Shown here one piece after another: positions 14,297 through 32,600 of a stretch of DNA of 64,000 nt; within the stretch, counting starts at the first letter, position 1; each line of letters starts with the position of its first letter. The position numbers and the translations under genes were made by a program. The DNA comes from Eledone cirrhosa (Eukaryota): positions 86,924,001 through 86,988,000 of the forward strand of contig OZ024747.1 of assembly GCA_964016885.1 (NCBI GenBank), written 5' to 3'. The notes under the pieces were generated by a model, which was not told the origin of the DNA, ran no database searches, and saw only the letters and a program-made list of their open reading frames with translations.

Positions 14297-14360
14297 ATTT
14301 TATCTGATGAAAGCGCACCAAAATTTGCCTTGGTTGCCCTTGAAATATATATAATAAAAT
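14297..14360 (+). ncRNA. Type I hammerhead ribozyme motif in PLE pLTR
   Basis: ATTTTAT-CTGATGA-AAGCGCACCAA..TTGGTTGCCCTT-GAAAT-ATAT-ATA-ATAAAAT; 7-bp stem I, AUA cleavage triplet. Confidence 0.8.
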
Positions 14361-14510
14361 AATTATGGTTTTATAAATATAGTTTCCATTTATTAATATA
14401 TTGAATATTTACTCCAGTATCTGTTGAGTACTTTATATCAGTTATAAAACTTTTAAGCTTGTTGAATCGCAACAAATTAAATATAACTTTTGCGCATATA
14501 TATATATATA

Positions 14511-14946
14511 CAAGAAAGTACGTCCATAGAATCATTTGATAAAATATATACAGTATTTCCTCTCCCAATCAGCATAATCAACCACACAAAAAATCATTTA
14601 AACAAGGCTATAAGATTAAAAGGCACCTATGAAGAAACAATAGATAAATAAACGATGGCTATTTTATTCGCGATCAACAGCCACAGAATATTTACCCAGT
14701 ATTTCTAATAGCTCGTGGAAATCAATTAGATATATAGCCAATCAATACACAATTAGGTACAAAATCAAAGTTAGAAGAAAAAATGTATATAAAATAGCCA
14801 TCGTTTATTTATCTATTGTTTCTTCATAGGTGCCTTTTAATATTATAGCCTTGTTTAATTGATATTTTGTGTGGTTGATTATGCTGATTGGGAGAGGAAA
14901 TACTGTATATATTTTATCAAATGATTCTATGGACGTACTTTCTTGT
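14511..14946. repeat. Inverted repeat, ~155-bp arms with ~125-bp spacer, flanked by (TA)n
   Basis: 14511-14666 is the reverse complement of 14790-14946. Confidence 0.85.
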
Positions 14947-15012
14947 ATATATACATATATCGCGGTGCCCCAGCATGGCCTCAGTCGGATGGCTGAAACA
15001 GATAAAAGAGTA

Positions 15013-15101
<89 letters not shown>

Positions 15102-15105
<4 letters not shown>

Positions 15106-15339
15106 GAGATGAAATCGAAAATGCAACTGGAGTCTTATGAGAAAAACCACAGACCCTCCATCTCAACTCACCTTTTGAAAAGCAGAAGAACTGCGAAACC
15201 GGTAAAGGAACCAAATAAATATATATATTTTTTTTAAAAATAAGACTCCAGTTGCATTTTCGATTTCATCTCTTTTTCTTTATACTTTCACTCGTGTAGG
15301 ACACCTCGGTTATTTTTCATTTTGTAAAAAAAACCTCAC

Positions 15340-15348
<9 letters not shown>
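15102..15348 (+). mobile_element. Short non-coding HHR-bearing element with a 5' inverted piece; family also at 28760-29070 and 62824-63036
   Basis: Three near-identical copies, each bounded by (TA)n. Confidence 0.8.
15171..15208 (+). ncRNA. Minimal hammerhead motif with U3-A8 core
   Basis: CCTT-TTGAAAA-GCAG-AAGAA-CTGC-GAAAC-CG-GTA-AAGG, then AATAAA. Confidence 0.65.
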
Positions 15349-15433
<85 letters not shown>

Positions 15434-15454
15434 GCAAACATATATACATATATA

Positions 15455-16039
15455 TACAACATATTAACAAATGGAAACTATATTTATAAAACCATATTTA
15501 TTTGATTATACATATTTCAAGGACACCAAAGCAAATTATGGTACGCTTTCATCAGATAAAATATAATATAGATCAGTTTTATAAACAAATTTTGACATAC
15601 CCTTAAAGAATGCGACCATGTCGGTTGGAGGCTCCCGGATAGTGGGGTTACTAATTTTATTATTGGTCTATTATGCAAATTAGTGTCGGAGAGGATAAAT
15701 CCCAGTACATTTAAATTAAGCCGTTGGAATAGGGAAAAAATAAAAAGAAAAAGAAAGAGCAAACCCAAAGAAGGAAAACTAAAGAAATCGAAAGAGAGAA
15801 AACCCTAAGTGAGAGAGTGTTGTATTAACGTAATTTATGAGATGATGAAGCGAGAAAATAAATATATAGTGGATGAATTACGCGGAGTAAATAAAGCGTG
15901 GATAAATAAATAAATAATAATAACCGGAGAATTTTATCTAATGTTTAAATTTGATTAAATGTTTAATTTATCAATTAAATATGTCAGTTAAATTATTGAG
16001 ATCTATAAATTAAAAATTGAGATCTATATATTATTAAAA

Positions 16040-16080
<41 letters not shown>

Positions 16081-17100
16081 TATATTATTAAAAAATATTA
16101 TTAAAATATATATTATTATTACATAACCATATATAAATTTATTATTAATAATCATCAACCAACAATTAATTATTAATAAAAAATAATAAAAAATAAAACA
16201 TTTTATGTTTAAAATATAGGAATGTTTCTAAACCCATGGAAATTCAGAGATTTTACCGAAGAATAATCTCTTCTTCGTAATAGCAATACAGCGTGAAGGA
16301 AATTAAGTGAGTTATTTGTAATTTAGATAGCTCTAAGGATTAAATGTTATAAAGGTTAAGATGATAAAAAAAGTTAAGATTATAAAAATATCTTATATTA
16401 TTTTATAGCAAGTTATGATTTTATAAATTTTATATATTTTATAAATCCACCTGTTATACAGTTGTGACTGTTAAAATATAAGTTTGTTTACTATAACGTC
16501 TTAATGTTTAAAGTTTTTCATAAGAATATATCTAAAGCATAAACCGTAAAAAACCTTTTATAAGAGTTCATTCATAGAGTGTATTCAAATTATACATTTT
16601 GATATATATACATATACATACAGAGACATACATACATGTATACATATATATATACATACACATACATACATATATATATATATATACATATACACACATA
16701 TATACATATATATATAAATACAAAATACATAGTATAAAATAAAATAAAATATGAGTTATAATTTTTAAAAGGATTATAATTTTAAAAGGAATTACAATTT
16801 AAAAAAATATCATTATATAATTTTAAAAGGAATTATAATTTTTAAGCAATATAATTTTTAAGCAATATAATTTTAAAAATATATATAAGAATATAGATTT
16901 TAAAAATATATATAAGAATATATATAAGAATATATTGCTTTGGTGTCCTTGAAATATGTATAATCAAATAAATATGGTTTTATAAATATAGTTTCCATTT
17001 GTTAATATATTGTATATTTACTCCAATAATTTGTTGAGTGCTTTATATCAGTTATAAAAATATTTGCTTGTTGTATCCCAACAAATTAAATATAACTTCT
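15455..17100 (-). mobile_element. PLE 3' UTR/pLTR related to the 8.9-14.4 kb element, with HHR (15500-15562) and inverted partial copy (~16935-17100)
   Basis: Shares AATGGAAACTATATTTATAAAACCAT and the HHR layout ATTTTAT-CTGATGA..GAAAT-ATGT-ATA. Confidence 0.7.
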
Positions 17101-17117
17101 ACATACATATATATATA

Positions 17118-17240
<123 letters not shown>

Positions 17241-17244
17241 AATA

Positions 17245-21118
<3,874 letters not shown>

Positions 21119-21187
21119 CGTATATATATATATATATATATATGCATACATATATACATATATATAAATATATATTTATATATATGC

Positions 21188-21218
<31 letters not shown>

Positions 21219-21314
21219 TATATACATATATATAAATATATATTTATATATATGCATATATATATATATATATACATATATATATACATATATATAAATA
21301 TATATTTATATATA

Positions 21315-21400
<86 letters not shown>

Positions 21401-21424
21401 ACATACATATATATATATATATAT

Positions 21425-22342
21425 AAGACGTAAAATAAGAAAATTATAAAAATTAACTTACTTACTAAAATTTCACTCCAGCTAATTAGTTTCTGAAAGG
21501 GAATAAACGTAGTTTCCGAATGGAACCACGGAGAAAATCCAATCGTCATCAGGAAGTCTATTCTCAGTTAAGTTCCCAGGCAATGCGTGGACACAGGGAA
21601 CTTATACAAAAATAATTCAGTGGATGGAAAAAAGCGAGCGAGGACTAAATTCCAGGACATTGAAAAAATCACTGCCTACTTGGTCGGTGGCTAATTCAAA
21701 AGAATCAATCACGTGACATTGCGGTTAATCAGTGAGGAGTGGGGTGCTAATAAGACAAGAGCCTGACTATTACTATGAACCATAGCAGTAGTTTTGGCAA
21801 ATTTTTGCTCAACAAATAATTTGGAGATAATTATAGAGAATTAGTATATCTACCAACATATATATACAGATGCATACCTATGCTAGCAAATATATAGGTT
21901 TTGTCTTAGTAACTTTGTGGTTCAATGCAGAACAATTATATGAAAGACGTAAAATAAGAAAATTCTAAAAATTAACTTACTAAAATTTCACTCCTACTAA
22001 TTAGTTTCTGAAAGGGAATAAACGTGGTTTCCGAATGGAACCACGGAGAAAATCCAATCTTCATCAGGAAGTCTATTCTCAGTTAAGTTCCCAGGCAATG
22101 CGTGGACACAGGGAACTTATACAAAAATAATTCAGTGGATGGAAAAAAGCGAGCGAGGACTAAATTCCAGGACATTGGAAAAATCATTGCCTACTTGGTC
22201 GGTGGCAAATTCAAAAGAATCAATCACGTTTCTCCGTGGTTCCATTCGGAAACCACGTTTATTCCCTTTCAGAAACTAATTAGTTGCGGTGAAATTTTAG
22301 TAAGTAAGTTAATTTTTATAATTTTCTTATTTTACGTCTTTC
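21425..22342 (-). mobile_element. Non-coding ~519-bp partial tandem unit with HHR-like motif and terminal inversion
   Basis: 21425-21713 repeats at 21944-22228; 22229-22342 is inverted; minus strand CTGATGA-CGATTGGA..TCCATTCG-GAAAC-TAC-GTT. Confidence 0.7.
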
Positions 22343-22460
<118 letters not shown>

Positions 22461-22648
22461 GTTGCTTGCAAATCTCGCTAATAAATATAATTAGTTCTTT
22501 TGCATAGATTATTTTAATTATGTAAGCTACTGCTTTTGGCACATATGACAGACTTTCGAAATATTTCGTCTTTCTCTATAACTTCAATTAAATTTTAAAT
22601 GAGTCTTAAATAAAATTAGCTTTGGATACGGGTAAATATTTAATAATT

Positions 22649-22714
<66 letters not shown>

Positions 22715-22928
22715 ATATATATATATATATATATATTGTGCGCGTGTTTGTATAAGAAGTAGTATGCGTTAGGTTTTGAAGTTAACAAATTATACATTTT
22801 TACGTTTCCATGAATGTTTATATACTTGTACATCGTTTTTTTATATTTATGTTTTAATATTTTCCAAGTAATTATTTCTGCTCTACCTCAGTAATTATGA
22901 CAAATGTGAAATATATATATATATATGT

Positions 22929-23048
22929 GAAGGCGTGTGGCTGAGTGGTTAGAGAATTGGATTCGCAATCATAAGGTTGTGAGTTCGATTCCTGGACCAG
23001 GCGATGCGTTATGTCCTTGGGCAAGACACTTTATTTCACGTTGCTCCT
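22929..23048 (+). mobile_element. tRNA-derived SINE with CORE-like segment
   Basis: A box TGGCTGAGTGG, B box GTTCGATTCC, then TGTCCTTGGGCAAGACACTT; partial copies near 24900-24980 and 36490-36600. Confidence 0.75.
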
Positions 23049-23182
23049 TCTACCTGGAGTTGCGACCGATAGATAGTATTAGCAATTGGAAAGACCAACG
23101 GAAACATTGTTCCCTCGGTCCGATTTGACGAAAGTCGATCGACTCCTATATATATATATGTATATATATGTATATATGTATA

Positions 23183-23241
<59 letters not shown>

Positions 23242-23522
23242 GTATATATATATATATATATATACGGAAAAAATGAAACGAAATTTCATTTCTCACTCTT
23301 AGTACGGCTGTTACTTAAATGTAAGTATTTATACGTACATACATATATGGATACAGACGTACAGTAGAATGTATATATATATACATACACACATATATAT
23401 ATGTACGTATGGATTCACCGAACATATATAATGCTCGGTGTGTTTGTAAACAAACATCCTTAATTAAGCCGCACAGTGTCTAGCAACTATCGCTGCTCAT
23501 TTGTTCAACACTGACAAAGGAA

Positions 23523-23563
23523 CGCTGTACTAGTTTCAAGCTTATTAGCTATCGTCAGCAACG
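23523..23563 (-). ncRNA. Minimal type I hammerhead motif
   Basis: CGTTG-CTGACGA-TAGCT-AATA-AGCTT-GAAAC-TA-GTA-CAGCG. Confidence 0.7.
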
Positions 23564-23877
23564 TATATCTTCCTGCCAGATGATTGAACGTCTGAAAGTA
23601 TATGCTTTCCTTATGCATATTAATGGCTGAGCAGCCGTATACATATATGTATGTAGGAGCAGCTGTATACATATATGTATGTACGTATACGTACTTATAT
23701 TTAATTAACAACCGTACTAAGAGTGAGAAATGAAATTTCGTTTCATTTTTTCCGTTTATCGTTTTCGGTACCCCGGCCGATTAACTCACTCGATATGCAA
23801 ATTAGGCTGCTCAGCCGTTAATATGCATAAGGAAAGTATATACTTTCAGACGTTCAATCATCTGGCAGGAAGGTATA

Positions 23878-23918
23878 CATTGCTGACGATAGCTAATATG
23901 CTTGAAACTAGTACAGCG
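23878..23918 (+). ncRNA. Minimal type I hammerhead motif (inverted-arm copy)
   Basis: CATTG-CTGACGA-TAGC..GCTT-GAAAC-TA-GTA-CAGCG. Confidence 0.65.
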
Positions 23919-24159
23919 TTCCTTTGTCAGTGTTGAACAAATGTGCAACGATGGTTGGTAGACACTGTACGGCTTAATTCGGGATGTTTGTTTACAAACA
24001 CACCGAGCATTATAATAAATGTTCGGTGAATCCATAAGTACATATATATATATATATGTGTGCATGTATGTATATATATATATACATACTACTGTACGTC
24101 AGTATACATATATGTATGTACGTATACATACTTATATATATATATATATATATATTTAA

Positions 24160-24232
24160 TATAACCTAGCGATAACAATAGAAAATAATACAAAGGTTGT
24201 TAAATTCTGAGATGTCACACTGAATTTAAAGG
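24160..24232 (+). pseudogene. Tiny PLE RT-thumb fragment
   Basis: Translates NLAITIENNTKVVKF*DVTLNLK, compare NLMLEIENNYKIVNFLDVTLNLN at ~11200. Confidence 0.55.
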
Positions 24233-24399
24233 ATAAATATGCATGGTATAAGTAGAATCAGGGACGAAGTTCAATAAGTTATTTTGTTATTGTCTTTGAT
24301 CGCTTCGATTCTGTATTGAATAATCGCATTAAGAGAGGGGATGAAATATCAACTGATCATCAGACTACATAGAAACAAAGACACCCACAAAACTGGGAG

Positions 24400-24742
24400 G
24401 TCCATGTCGACCTACAGAATAAAGTCGGAAGCTTTCATGAATAGGAGACAGTACCATGTGTACGGACACTATTGCATCCAAATTCAGGGAACACCATGAG
24501 CAAACGAAGTGGAGACTGTTGCTAATATTCCAAATAAAGTCTTCAGGTATCGCTTCAGATATAGCATTGTGCTTATAATGCAGAATCAATCAATGACAAC
24601 CCCAGACAGGCAAGTGTGAAATCTTATCTCCAGATACGTATATTTATATCCAAAGATATCCATGATAGTAGAACTAAGGAATGGGAACTTGTGTACTGTG
24701 TCCAGCTTGCAATTATGGATGATAATACAAAGCTGGGTGTAT
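24400..24742 (-). pseudogene. Degenerate RTE-type LINE RT fragment
   Basis: IIIHNCKLDTVHKFPFLSSTIMD resembles the RTE motif I.I.N..LE.V..F.YLGS.I.D. Confidence 0.4.
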
Positions 24743-24745
24743 GAT

Positions 24746-24852
<107 letters not shown>

Positions 24853-25078
24853 TGGGGGGGGGGGGGGGGGGGGAGAGAGAGAGAGAGAGATTGGATAGAT
24901 TGTGAAGGTTTTGAGTTCGATTCCTGGACCAGGCGATGCGTTATGTCCTTGCGCAAGATACTTTATTTCACGTTGCTCCTTCTACCTGGAGTTGCGACCG
25001 ATAGAGAGTATTAACAATTGGAAAGACCAACGGAAACATTGTTTCCTCGGTCCGATTTGACGAAGTCGATCGAATGTC

Positions 25079-25117
<39 letters not shown>

Positions 25118-25316
25118 ATAATAATAAAATTGAAGACTAAAATCCAAAGAGGGCTCGATAAGGAAAATATATATCAAATATATAAGAACCGTAGAGCAAA
25201 TATTTATTAAAATAAGGTAGAAGGAGCAACGTGAAATAAAGTATCTTGCGCAACCTGGAGTTGCGACCGATAGAGAGTATTAACAACTCCAGGTATTGTA
25301 TCAATCTAATTTTTCA

Positions 25317-25416
<100 letters not shown>

Positions 25417-26271
25417 CAAAATGTCTACATACGTACATATGGACACACACACGCAGACATGTGTCGGCCCTCTCTCTCTCTCTCTCTCTCTCTCGCTATC
25501 TATACACTTACGTGCTAAGTAGCAATTATTTTCTCCGGGCTGGAGTCGGAGGTGGTAACATAGACATCTATTTTAATTTTGGTAGGACAGATTCCAATAT
25601 CGTTTTGCTGACTATACTAATGTCAGGTTTTGAAAGATTGTTATGACGGGTAGACGGATAGTGATGGAAATTATTGTTATGGTCTTTTAAGGAGATATAA
25701 AGCTCTTTTCTTGTTAAAACGTTTGTTCTCTCATTTATTTGCAATTTAGTAGACATATCCTTTGCAATGAAGGAAGATCGGAGCGTCATATTCTCACGTG
25801 ATATTCTTCATTGTGTGACTGAATATTGATGGAAAGGTGATATGCGCGGATCGGTCACAATAGGTATAAACCTAGTGTTGCTGATAGATCTGAGTTACGC
25901 GTAGCCGACTTGCTATTGTGAGCGGTCTGTGTATGTCACTTTTCCATCAACGGTAAGTTATAGAGCAAACAATAGCTCGTAAGAATCAAATCTCCAATGT
26001 TTCTTTATTTTTGGTTTGTAATTCATGCTATTATATTGGAATATTCTGAACTATTGTTCGTAATGTCATTCTTACTATTATATTTCCTATTCACATTCTG
26101 TCTGCTTTCCCTATACGTTCTTAAGTACACACACGCGCACACAAATACATACACACTATATATGTGTGTAGGAAAATAAGTAGTCTGGTGTACCAGGTGG
26201 TGTGTGGGATAGTATGCTGAGGTGACTACAGAACGGACAAACAGGTGCACATAGACAAATCCTACATGCAT

Positions 26272-26341
<70 letters not shown>

Positions 26342-27027
26342 TAAATGGATAAATTGACTCAGTAATTGGTTTATTTTCAACAGACGATCTAAAATAAAAT
26401 GTGTTGCCAAGCAAGTAAACCTGCGATATATACAGGTGCAAGACTATAAGTTCGACTGAATTGTGTGGTCGAGCTTATAGTCTTCCACCTGTCTGTAATC
26501 CTATGCTATACTACACTTGCATCTAACCTTTTTAAAAGGCTTAAATCTTTAAGCTTTATTCTGAAATGCATGTTTCCTCTGTCTGCTTTACCAACCTTTT
26601 CAGCATCAATTTTGTCCACAACTATATACGATTTTTACTGTACTTCATTTATCTGTAAACATATGTATTTTACTTTATTTTATCACATTTTATCTGCTGC
26701 TCCTGGTTTGTTATCTACTCCTATTTTTCACTTGTATTCCGCCTCAGTTGCCTAGTATAAATATTAATTCTTGCTCTTATCTAACCTCTCATAATATGTA
26801 TCCACCAAATGTTTCCGAAGCAAAATTTTGATCTTATATTTGTATTTAACTCTTGTAATAAATCTGAAAATTTCTGCCTTGTGCTAGGATGAAACGGTCG
26901 TTAGTTATTAAATGTTTGAAATATTAAATACTCTTTGATTATCATTTACATTGTATTTTGACTCTGTATTATACTTGTTATATTACATCGAGCTATATTC
27001 ATATTAATATTACTCTCTCTCTCTCTG

Positions 27028-27098
<71 letters not shown>

Positions 27099-27189
27099 AT
27101 ATTATACTCCAGAAAACCTGTAGAGTGCTCTGAATCAGTTATAAACATTTATATTTGTTGAATTACCAGCAAATTGAATATCCCTTCTG

Positions 27190-27242
<53 letters not shown>

Positions 27243-27246
<4 letters not shown>

Positions 27247-27509
27247 ATAATAATAAATTTGAAGACTAAAATCCAAAGAGGGCTCGATAAGTATAAATAT
27301 ATATCAAATATATAAGAACCGTAGAGCAAATATTTATTAAAATAACAAATTAAAGTTTAAGCAAAGAATCGCTGCGTTCACCCTTAACGGGATATTCTGA
27401 AACTAAAAAAGTCAATTTACTTCTGCGTTCACAGATTGACTTTTTTTATTTCAGAAGATCCCGTTAAGGGTGAAAGCAACGATTCTTTGCTTAAACTTTA
27501 ATCTGTTAA

Positions 27510-27515
<6 letters not shown>
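27243..27515. repeat. Dispersed pLTR-like repeat with terminal palindrome; pieces also at 25112-25212, 29258-29610, 40685-40945
   Basis: ~27336-27416 is inverted at ~27433-27515; copies abut (TA)n. Confidence 0.75.
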
Positions 27516-27596
<81 letters not shown>

Positions 27597-28234
27597 TCTG
27601 AGTGGTGCTTATTCCTATATGCATGCATTACTTTAACCATATATTTACGTATGTATGTATGGCTGGATTTTTGTAACTGTAAATATGTGGTTCGTGTAGC
27701 TCTCTCTGTGTATGTGTGTTTGTTTTTATGGAGTGTTTGAGTGTGTGTGTGTGTGGGATGTACCTGTGTGAATAAAAGGCACTCAGTATAGGGTAAGGAA
27801 TATAGCCTAGATTAATCGTGTCTATGTAAAATATATATTGCCGATAAATTATATGGTCGCCTCAGAACATATTTTTTTCTCATACTATATTTGATTATTG
27901 TCTAGACAAACATTATCTTGTTTTCTCTATATTGCCAAGAAATAAACAAGACTATATACTATTCACTAACATTGAATCTAAAATTCTGTAGTCCTACCCT
28001 ATGATGAGTATCGAATGCCAAAATCGTGAAATCTCATGTTTTTGCCATCAGATTGTGGCAAAGTTTGGGCATCACTTTGAAAAGATATAATCGATCATAT
28101 GAACCCAAGGACATACTTTTGTAGGCTGATACATAATTTATCGATTTTTTTCTCGACGAATTTAGTAACAAGGACTTAAACATGTAGACGCACACGTAGT
28201 ATTTATATTTGAAAACTAATTTCTTTATATGTAT

Positions 28235-28279
<45 letters not shown>

Positions 28280-28324
28280 GAGAGTAAAACAAAGAATCCT
28301 TTAATACATCAAAAGTTTTTATTA

Positions 28325-28362
28325 GCCGACAATGTTTCGTCCTATTAAGGACTCATCAGGGC
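28325..28362 (-). ncRNA. Canonical minimal type I hammerhead ribozyme
   Basis: GCC-CTGATGA-GTCC-TTAATA-GGAC-GAAAC-ATT-GTC-GGC then TAATAAA; identical copy at 62759-62796. Confidence 0.85.
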
Positions 28363-28759
28363 AATCAAAACAACAAGAGGTAATTTCGGCAGATACAAGC
28401 CAGAAACTCTGAAGAATATGGAGTTTACATACACTAATGTCTTACAAAGATATACGATAATAAAAATGAAGATAAAAATAATAAAATTATAATAACTAAG
28501 GATGTAGATAACATTAAGAACCATATTACAAATATAGTCCAAAGTCACCAACTTAAATCTAAACAAATTTGGTTATATAGAGCAGGACTTATATATAACA
28601 CAGTATAATACATTATAATAATAATATATCTATACCAACATTAAAATTCCAAATTAAAAATCAAAAGGTACAATATATACATGTATATATGTGCGCACAC
28701 ACACACACACACATATTACAACACACATATCTATTTTCTATTACACAGAAATTAAGCCC

Positions 28760-28819
28760 TATTGGAAGTTCTTCTGCTTTTCAAAAGTAGAGTTGAGATG
28801 GAGGGTCTGTGGTTTTTCT

Positions 28820-28865
<46 letters not shown>

Positions 28866-29070
28866 AGAAAAACCACAGACCCTCCATCTCAACTCTACTT
28901 TTGAAAAGCAGAAGAACTACGAAACCGGTAAAGGAACCAAATAATATATATATATTTTTTAAATAACACTCCAGTTGCATTTTCGATTTCATCTTTTTTT
29001 CTTTATACTTTCACTCGTGTAGGACACCTCGGTTATTTTTCATTTTGTAAAAAAAACCTCACTTTCTAAT
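28760..29070. mobile_element. Head-to-head copies of the 15102 family split by (TA)n
   Basis: 28768-28822 is the inverse of 28862-28916; HHR variant at ~28898-28934 has a stem II mismatch. Confidence 0.75.
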
Positions 29071-29606
29071 ATATATTTCTAATATATATATATATATATA
29101 TAAATTAACTCTGGAATACAACCCACACGTGTCGGGCCTCATAACAGCATTGAGTGCATCGAACTTCCAACATCCAGTACTCTGGAGATTTATCACAACA
29201 AATTCAAAATTAGAGGTGTCTGAATATTTTCCTTATTTTTTCTGCATATATATATATTTATTAAAATAACAGATTAAAGTTTAAGTAAAGGATCGCTGCT
29301 TTCACCCTTAACAGGATCTTCTGAAACTAAAAAAAATCAATCTGTGAACGCAGAAGTAAATATTTCGAAAAACCTTACAACCGAAGGAAAACAACAATAC
29401 TTTGGTTCGTGAAGACGTTCTCTGGCAATGAACGGAAAAAAGGAAGATAATATGTCATTATGTGGAGCGATGGGAACAATTACACACAAAGACAAAACTT
29501 TAATCTGTTATTTTAATAAATATTTGCTCTAGGGTTCTTATATATTTGATACATATCTATCCTTATCGAGCCCTCTTTGGATTTTAGTCTTCAAATTTAT
29601 TATTAT

Positions 29607-29662
<56 letters not shown>

Positions 29663-32600
29663 GAATAATCGAGTATCGAAAAATCGGCGCACGAGTTCAC
29701 GATAAACAAAATTCGATATGAGCGGCAGAGGGCTCAATAATTCAGATAAATCAGAGCTATAACTATCGTTAAAATACCGTCACACATAGAACAAGTCTAT
29801 AATCAACCATACGACCGAAAAATTGCGATCTGGAAGATTCGGGACACTCAGATAAAAAATCAATAAATCAATAAATCAAATGAATGTAAAAAGCATACCC
29901 GGACCCGCTAGAAAGATGGTAAATCTAGCTTCTTGGGTTTCTGTAAATCCTTAAACTGCCCTCTATCAGCTCACATAAAAATATATAAGACTTCTAGATG
30001 CCAGATATATATATGTGTGTGTATATATATATATATATGTATATATATATGTATATATATGGAGATATATATATGTGTGTGTGTATGTATTTGATATATA
30101 TATGTGTGTGTGTGTGCTTATATCTTTACGTTTGTGTGTATGCATGTTTGATGTAGGTGTTTTTATTTTTGACTTGTTCTTTGATAATTTGCTATCGCTG
30201 CGAGAACTTGAAGATGGTCTCAATGACTAGACAGGTGTCATTTTATAATTATGAATGATTCGGTGCTTTATAACAATTACGCATCTCAATATTTCTACAG
30301 AAAAGACCAGTTACGTAGTGAATGAAACACAATCATGAAGAATTAACGAGGACAGTGAAATTAGCATACTATAAATATATTATAGTACACAAAGTAACCA
30401 ATTATAACAAAAAAAGAAGTGAGAATATTGTCTCTATAACATAAACAATGAGGGAGAAAAACAATAAACTGTGAAAAGAACAAATAAATATTTGAATGTG
30501 CTATTAAATGGAACTAGACGGTGTTTGAACTCAGAAAAATTATGAGATAGTACCAGACAGGAGTTAAACTCTGGTAGGGGTTAAACTTAGAACATAAGAT
30601 TATATCAAATATTTCTCTCTACTTTTCTCTACGCTCATTGCAGTATCACGTAATCTCTCATCTGTCTGACAGCCACTACGATGTTTTCAGCCTCGATGAT
30701 GGCTAGTCTCATGCCATCTCGTCTCCGTCACTCCTGTCAGACTCATTTCTCTTCCATTGGACACACAATTCTATACATTTCTCCCGTCCTCGTTCTAACC
30801 AGCATACGCTGTCCACCCCACCCCAATCTGATTGTCATCCTCGAGGAATTTCCTTCTGTCCTTGTTTTTATACTTTTTATTCTGTAGCTGTCAACTTACA
30901 ACATTTCAGAATAAACATTATTTGTACCAATCTCACTAAATTGGTCAACATTTGAAATGTTACATGACATATCTAATAGCATTGTATTAATTAGATTTTA
31001 AGATAGGAGAAGACCAAAGCAATGTAGTTAAATGAGTCATATATTCACTAGTTTTATGTTTTCTTTTTCAAATTTTCGACCAAAGGACTTAAAATCAGAA
31101 AAGCATCTCTCGTGATTGAAACCCGAAGATCAACTGAAAAGATTCTAAAATCAATGTTAGTTACAGCAGTTTTTCGAACCTTCGAAAAGTTAGACAACTC
31201 TGCATTCTACAGCAGTCTACATATTAAATACATATTTCATGAAGCCAGATGATTCGAGTGTATAGTTATATTTAATTTATTATTCTAAACACTTTTTTTT
31301 AAATATCTATTTAAAAACAAAATTTATTCAACTAACAGGCGGACGATTAACAATAAAATATAGAATGCGGGTCCGTCTGATTGGCGACAAGTTTTACAAT
31401 CCATTGCTAATAACAATGAAGTTATGAAGTTTTGCGGTCGATTTTCGTGTCCCCAGAAAAGATAGTCGATTCTTCTGAATATCATTTAACTTCTGGAAAT
31501 GAATATTTCAGATCAAAATTTTAAAGAACAGAGAAAAAAAAGCTATGTATATTTAGTTACATTATATCATGCTTAAGTTATTTTATTCTAACTCCGACAA
31601 AAACAATTTGAAACAAACAACACCAACCACATCAGATCATAAAAGGAGGCTCTATATTATTACTTGACCGGCTAAAATCTGGGGTCGGATTTTATCGGTG
31701 ATACTTTCAGGTTTCCTCTATAATTTAAAACGTTTTGATTATTGCATTCTCCTTTCGGACTGAGGGACTTAACGATAACTATTATAACTTTTTGACAGCA
31801 TCTTTACAGTATTTGTCATATGGTTGCCCTTCCTTAATCCAACACACGATCGGTGTTCCATTTATCTCTAGCTTCTCTCAACATATTTGTTTTAGCATCT
31901 CAATATATTAACTATATAAAATATGTTAGATTTCTTCTATCTTGACAGCCTCCACAACTCTTAGTTCAACTGCTATAGAAATTGTACATTTTGGTCTTCG
32001 AGACATTGATCAGAGTGTTACCTTCTTGACTAGTGATTTGATCACTACAGGATAGATTAAAAGTTAATATATAAAAAATATTAATGGTAATACTGAGGTA
32101 AGTTTAAGCATCTTTATAAAAGGAAATATATATTAACGAGTGTCACGACTTTTACAGATTATTACAGTTTTTATCAACGTATCTCATCAATAATGTTCAT
32201 TTTAGTATGTTATTTTTTTAAGATCATTGTTAATCGATATGTTTCAGTGGGCTGAAATCCATATTTTATTAGGTGACATTGAAATCAATTCAGATCAGCA
32301 TATTATTAATATCTACTCTATCAATGACGGCTTGCAACTGTCCAAATATTGAAGTATTTTGATTTAATCACTGAACTTTATAAAGCATAGAATCCGGTTC
32401 TCCGTCATCCTCTGCATCTCGACCATCTTTGCAATATGAGAAAATATTATCAAACAAAACAAAATCGACTGAAGGCTGGTTAGAATCTTTATGAAACATC
32501 ATATATATTATGGCAGAGGAAGAGAAAAAATAAGGCAGCAACATCTTAAACAACTTTTGGGATTTAGGAATACGTAATTTATTATTAAGTTACATTTCTT

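Larger units (their letters stand above)
8873..14493 (-). mobile_element. Penelope-like element with ~1.25-kb inverted 3' UTR/pLTR arms and nested SINEs
   Basis: 8873-10124 is the reverse complement of ~13136-14404; a degraded RT-GIY-YIG ORF lies between them. Confidence 0.85.
23265..24135. mobile_element. Nested inverted repeats of an HHR-bearing element
   Basis: 23350-23640 is inverted at 23805-24110; 23265-23350 is inverted at 23670-23755. Confidence 0.75.

Noticed and set aside
22929-23000. tRNA gene
   Set aside because: A and B boxes are present but there is no full cloverleaf, and the sequence continues into a SINE body.
26861-26905. CTGAAAA..GAAAC-GGTC-GTT hammerhead-like motif
   Set aside because: Unpaired C3/A8 and poor stems; at best a decayed copy.
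27449-27490. CAGAAGA-TCCC..GGGT-GAAA as a hammerhead (also near 29300 and 40870)
   Set aside because: The core deviates (A4) and stems I and III cannot be formed convincingly.
32368-32553. Possible piggyBac transposase remnant (..DSMLYKVQ)
   Set aside because: The similarity is too short and no catalytic motifs were found in frame.
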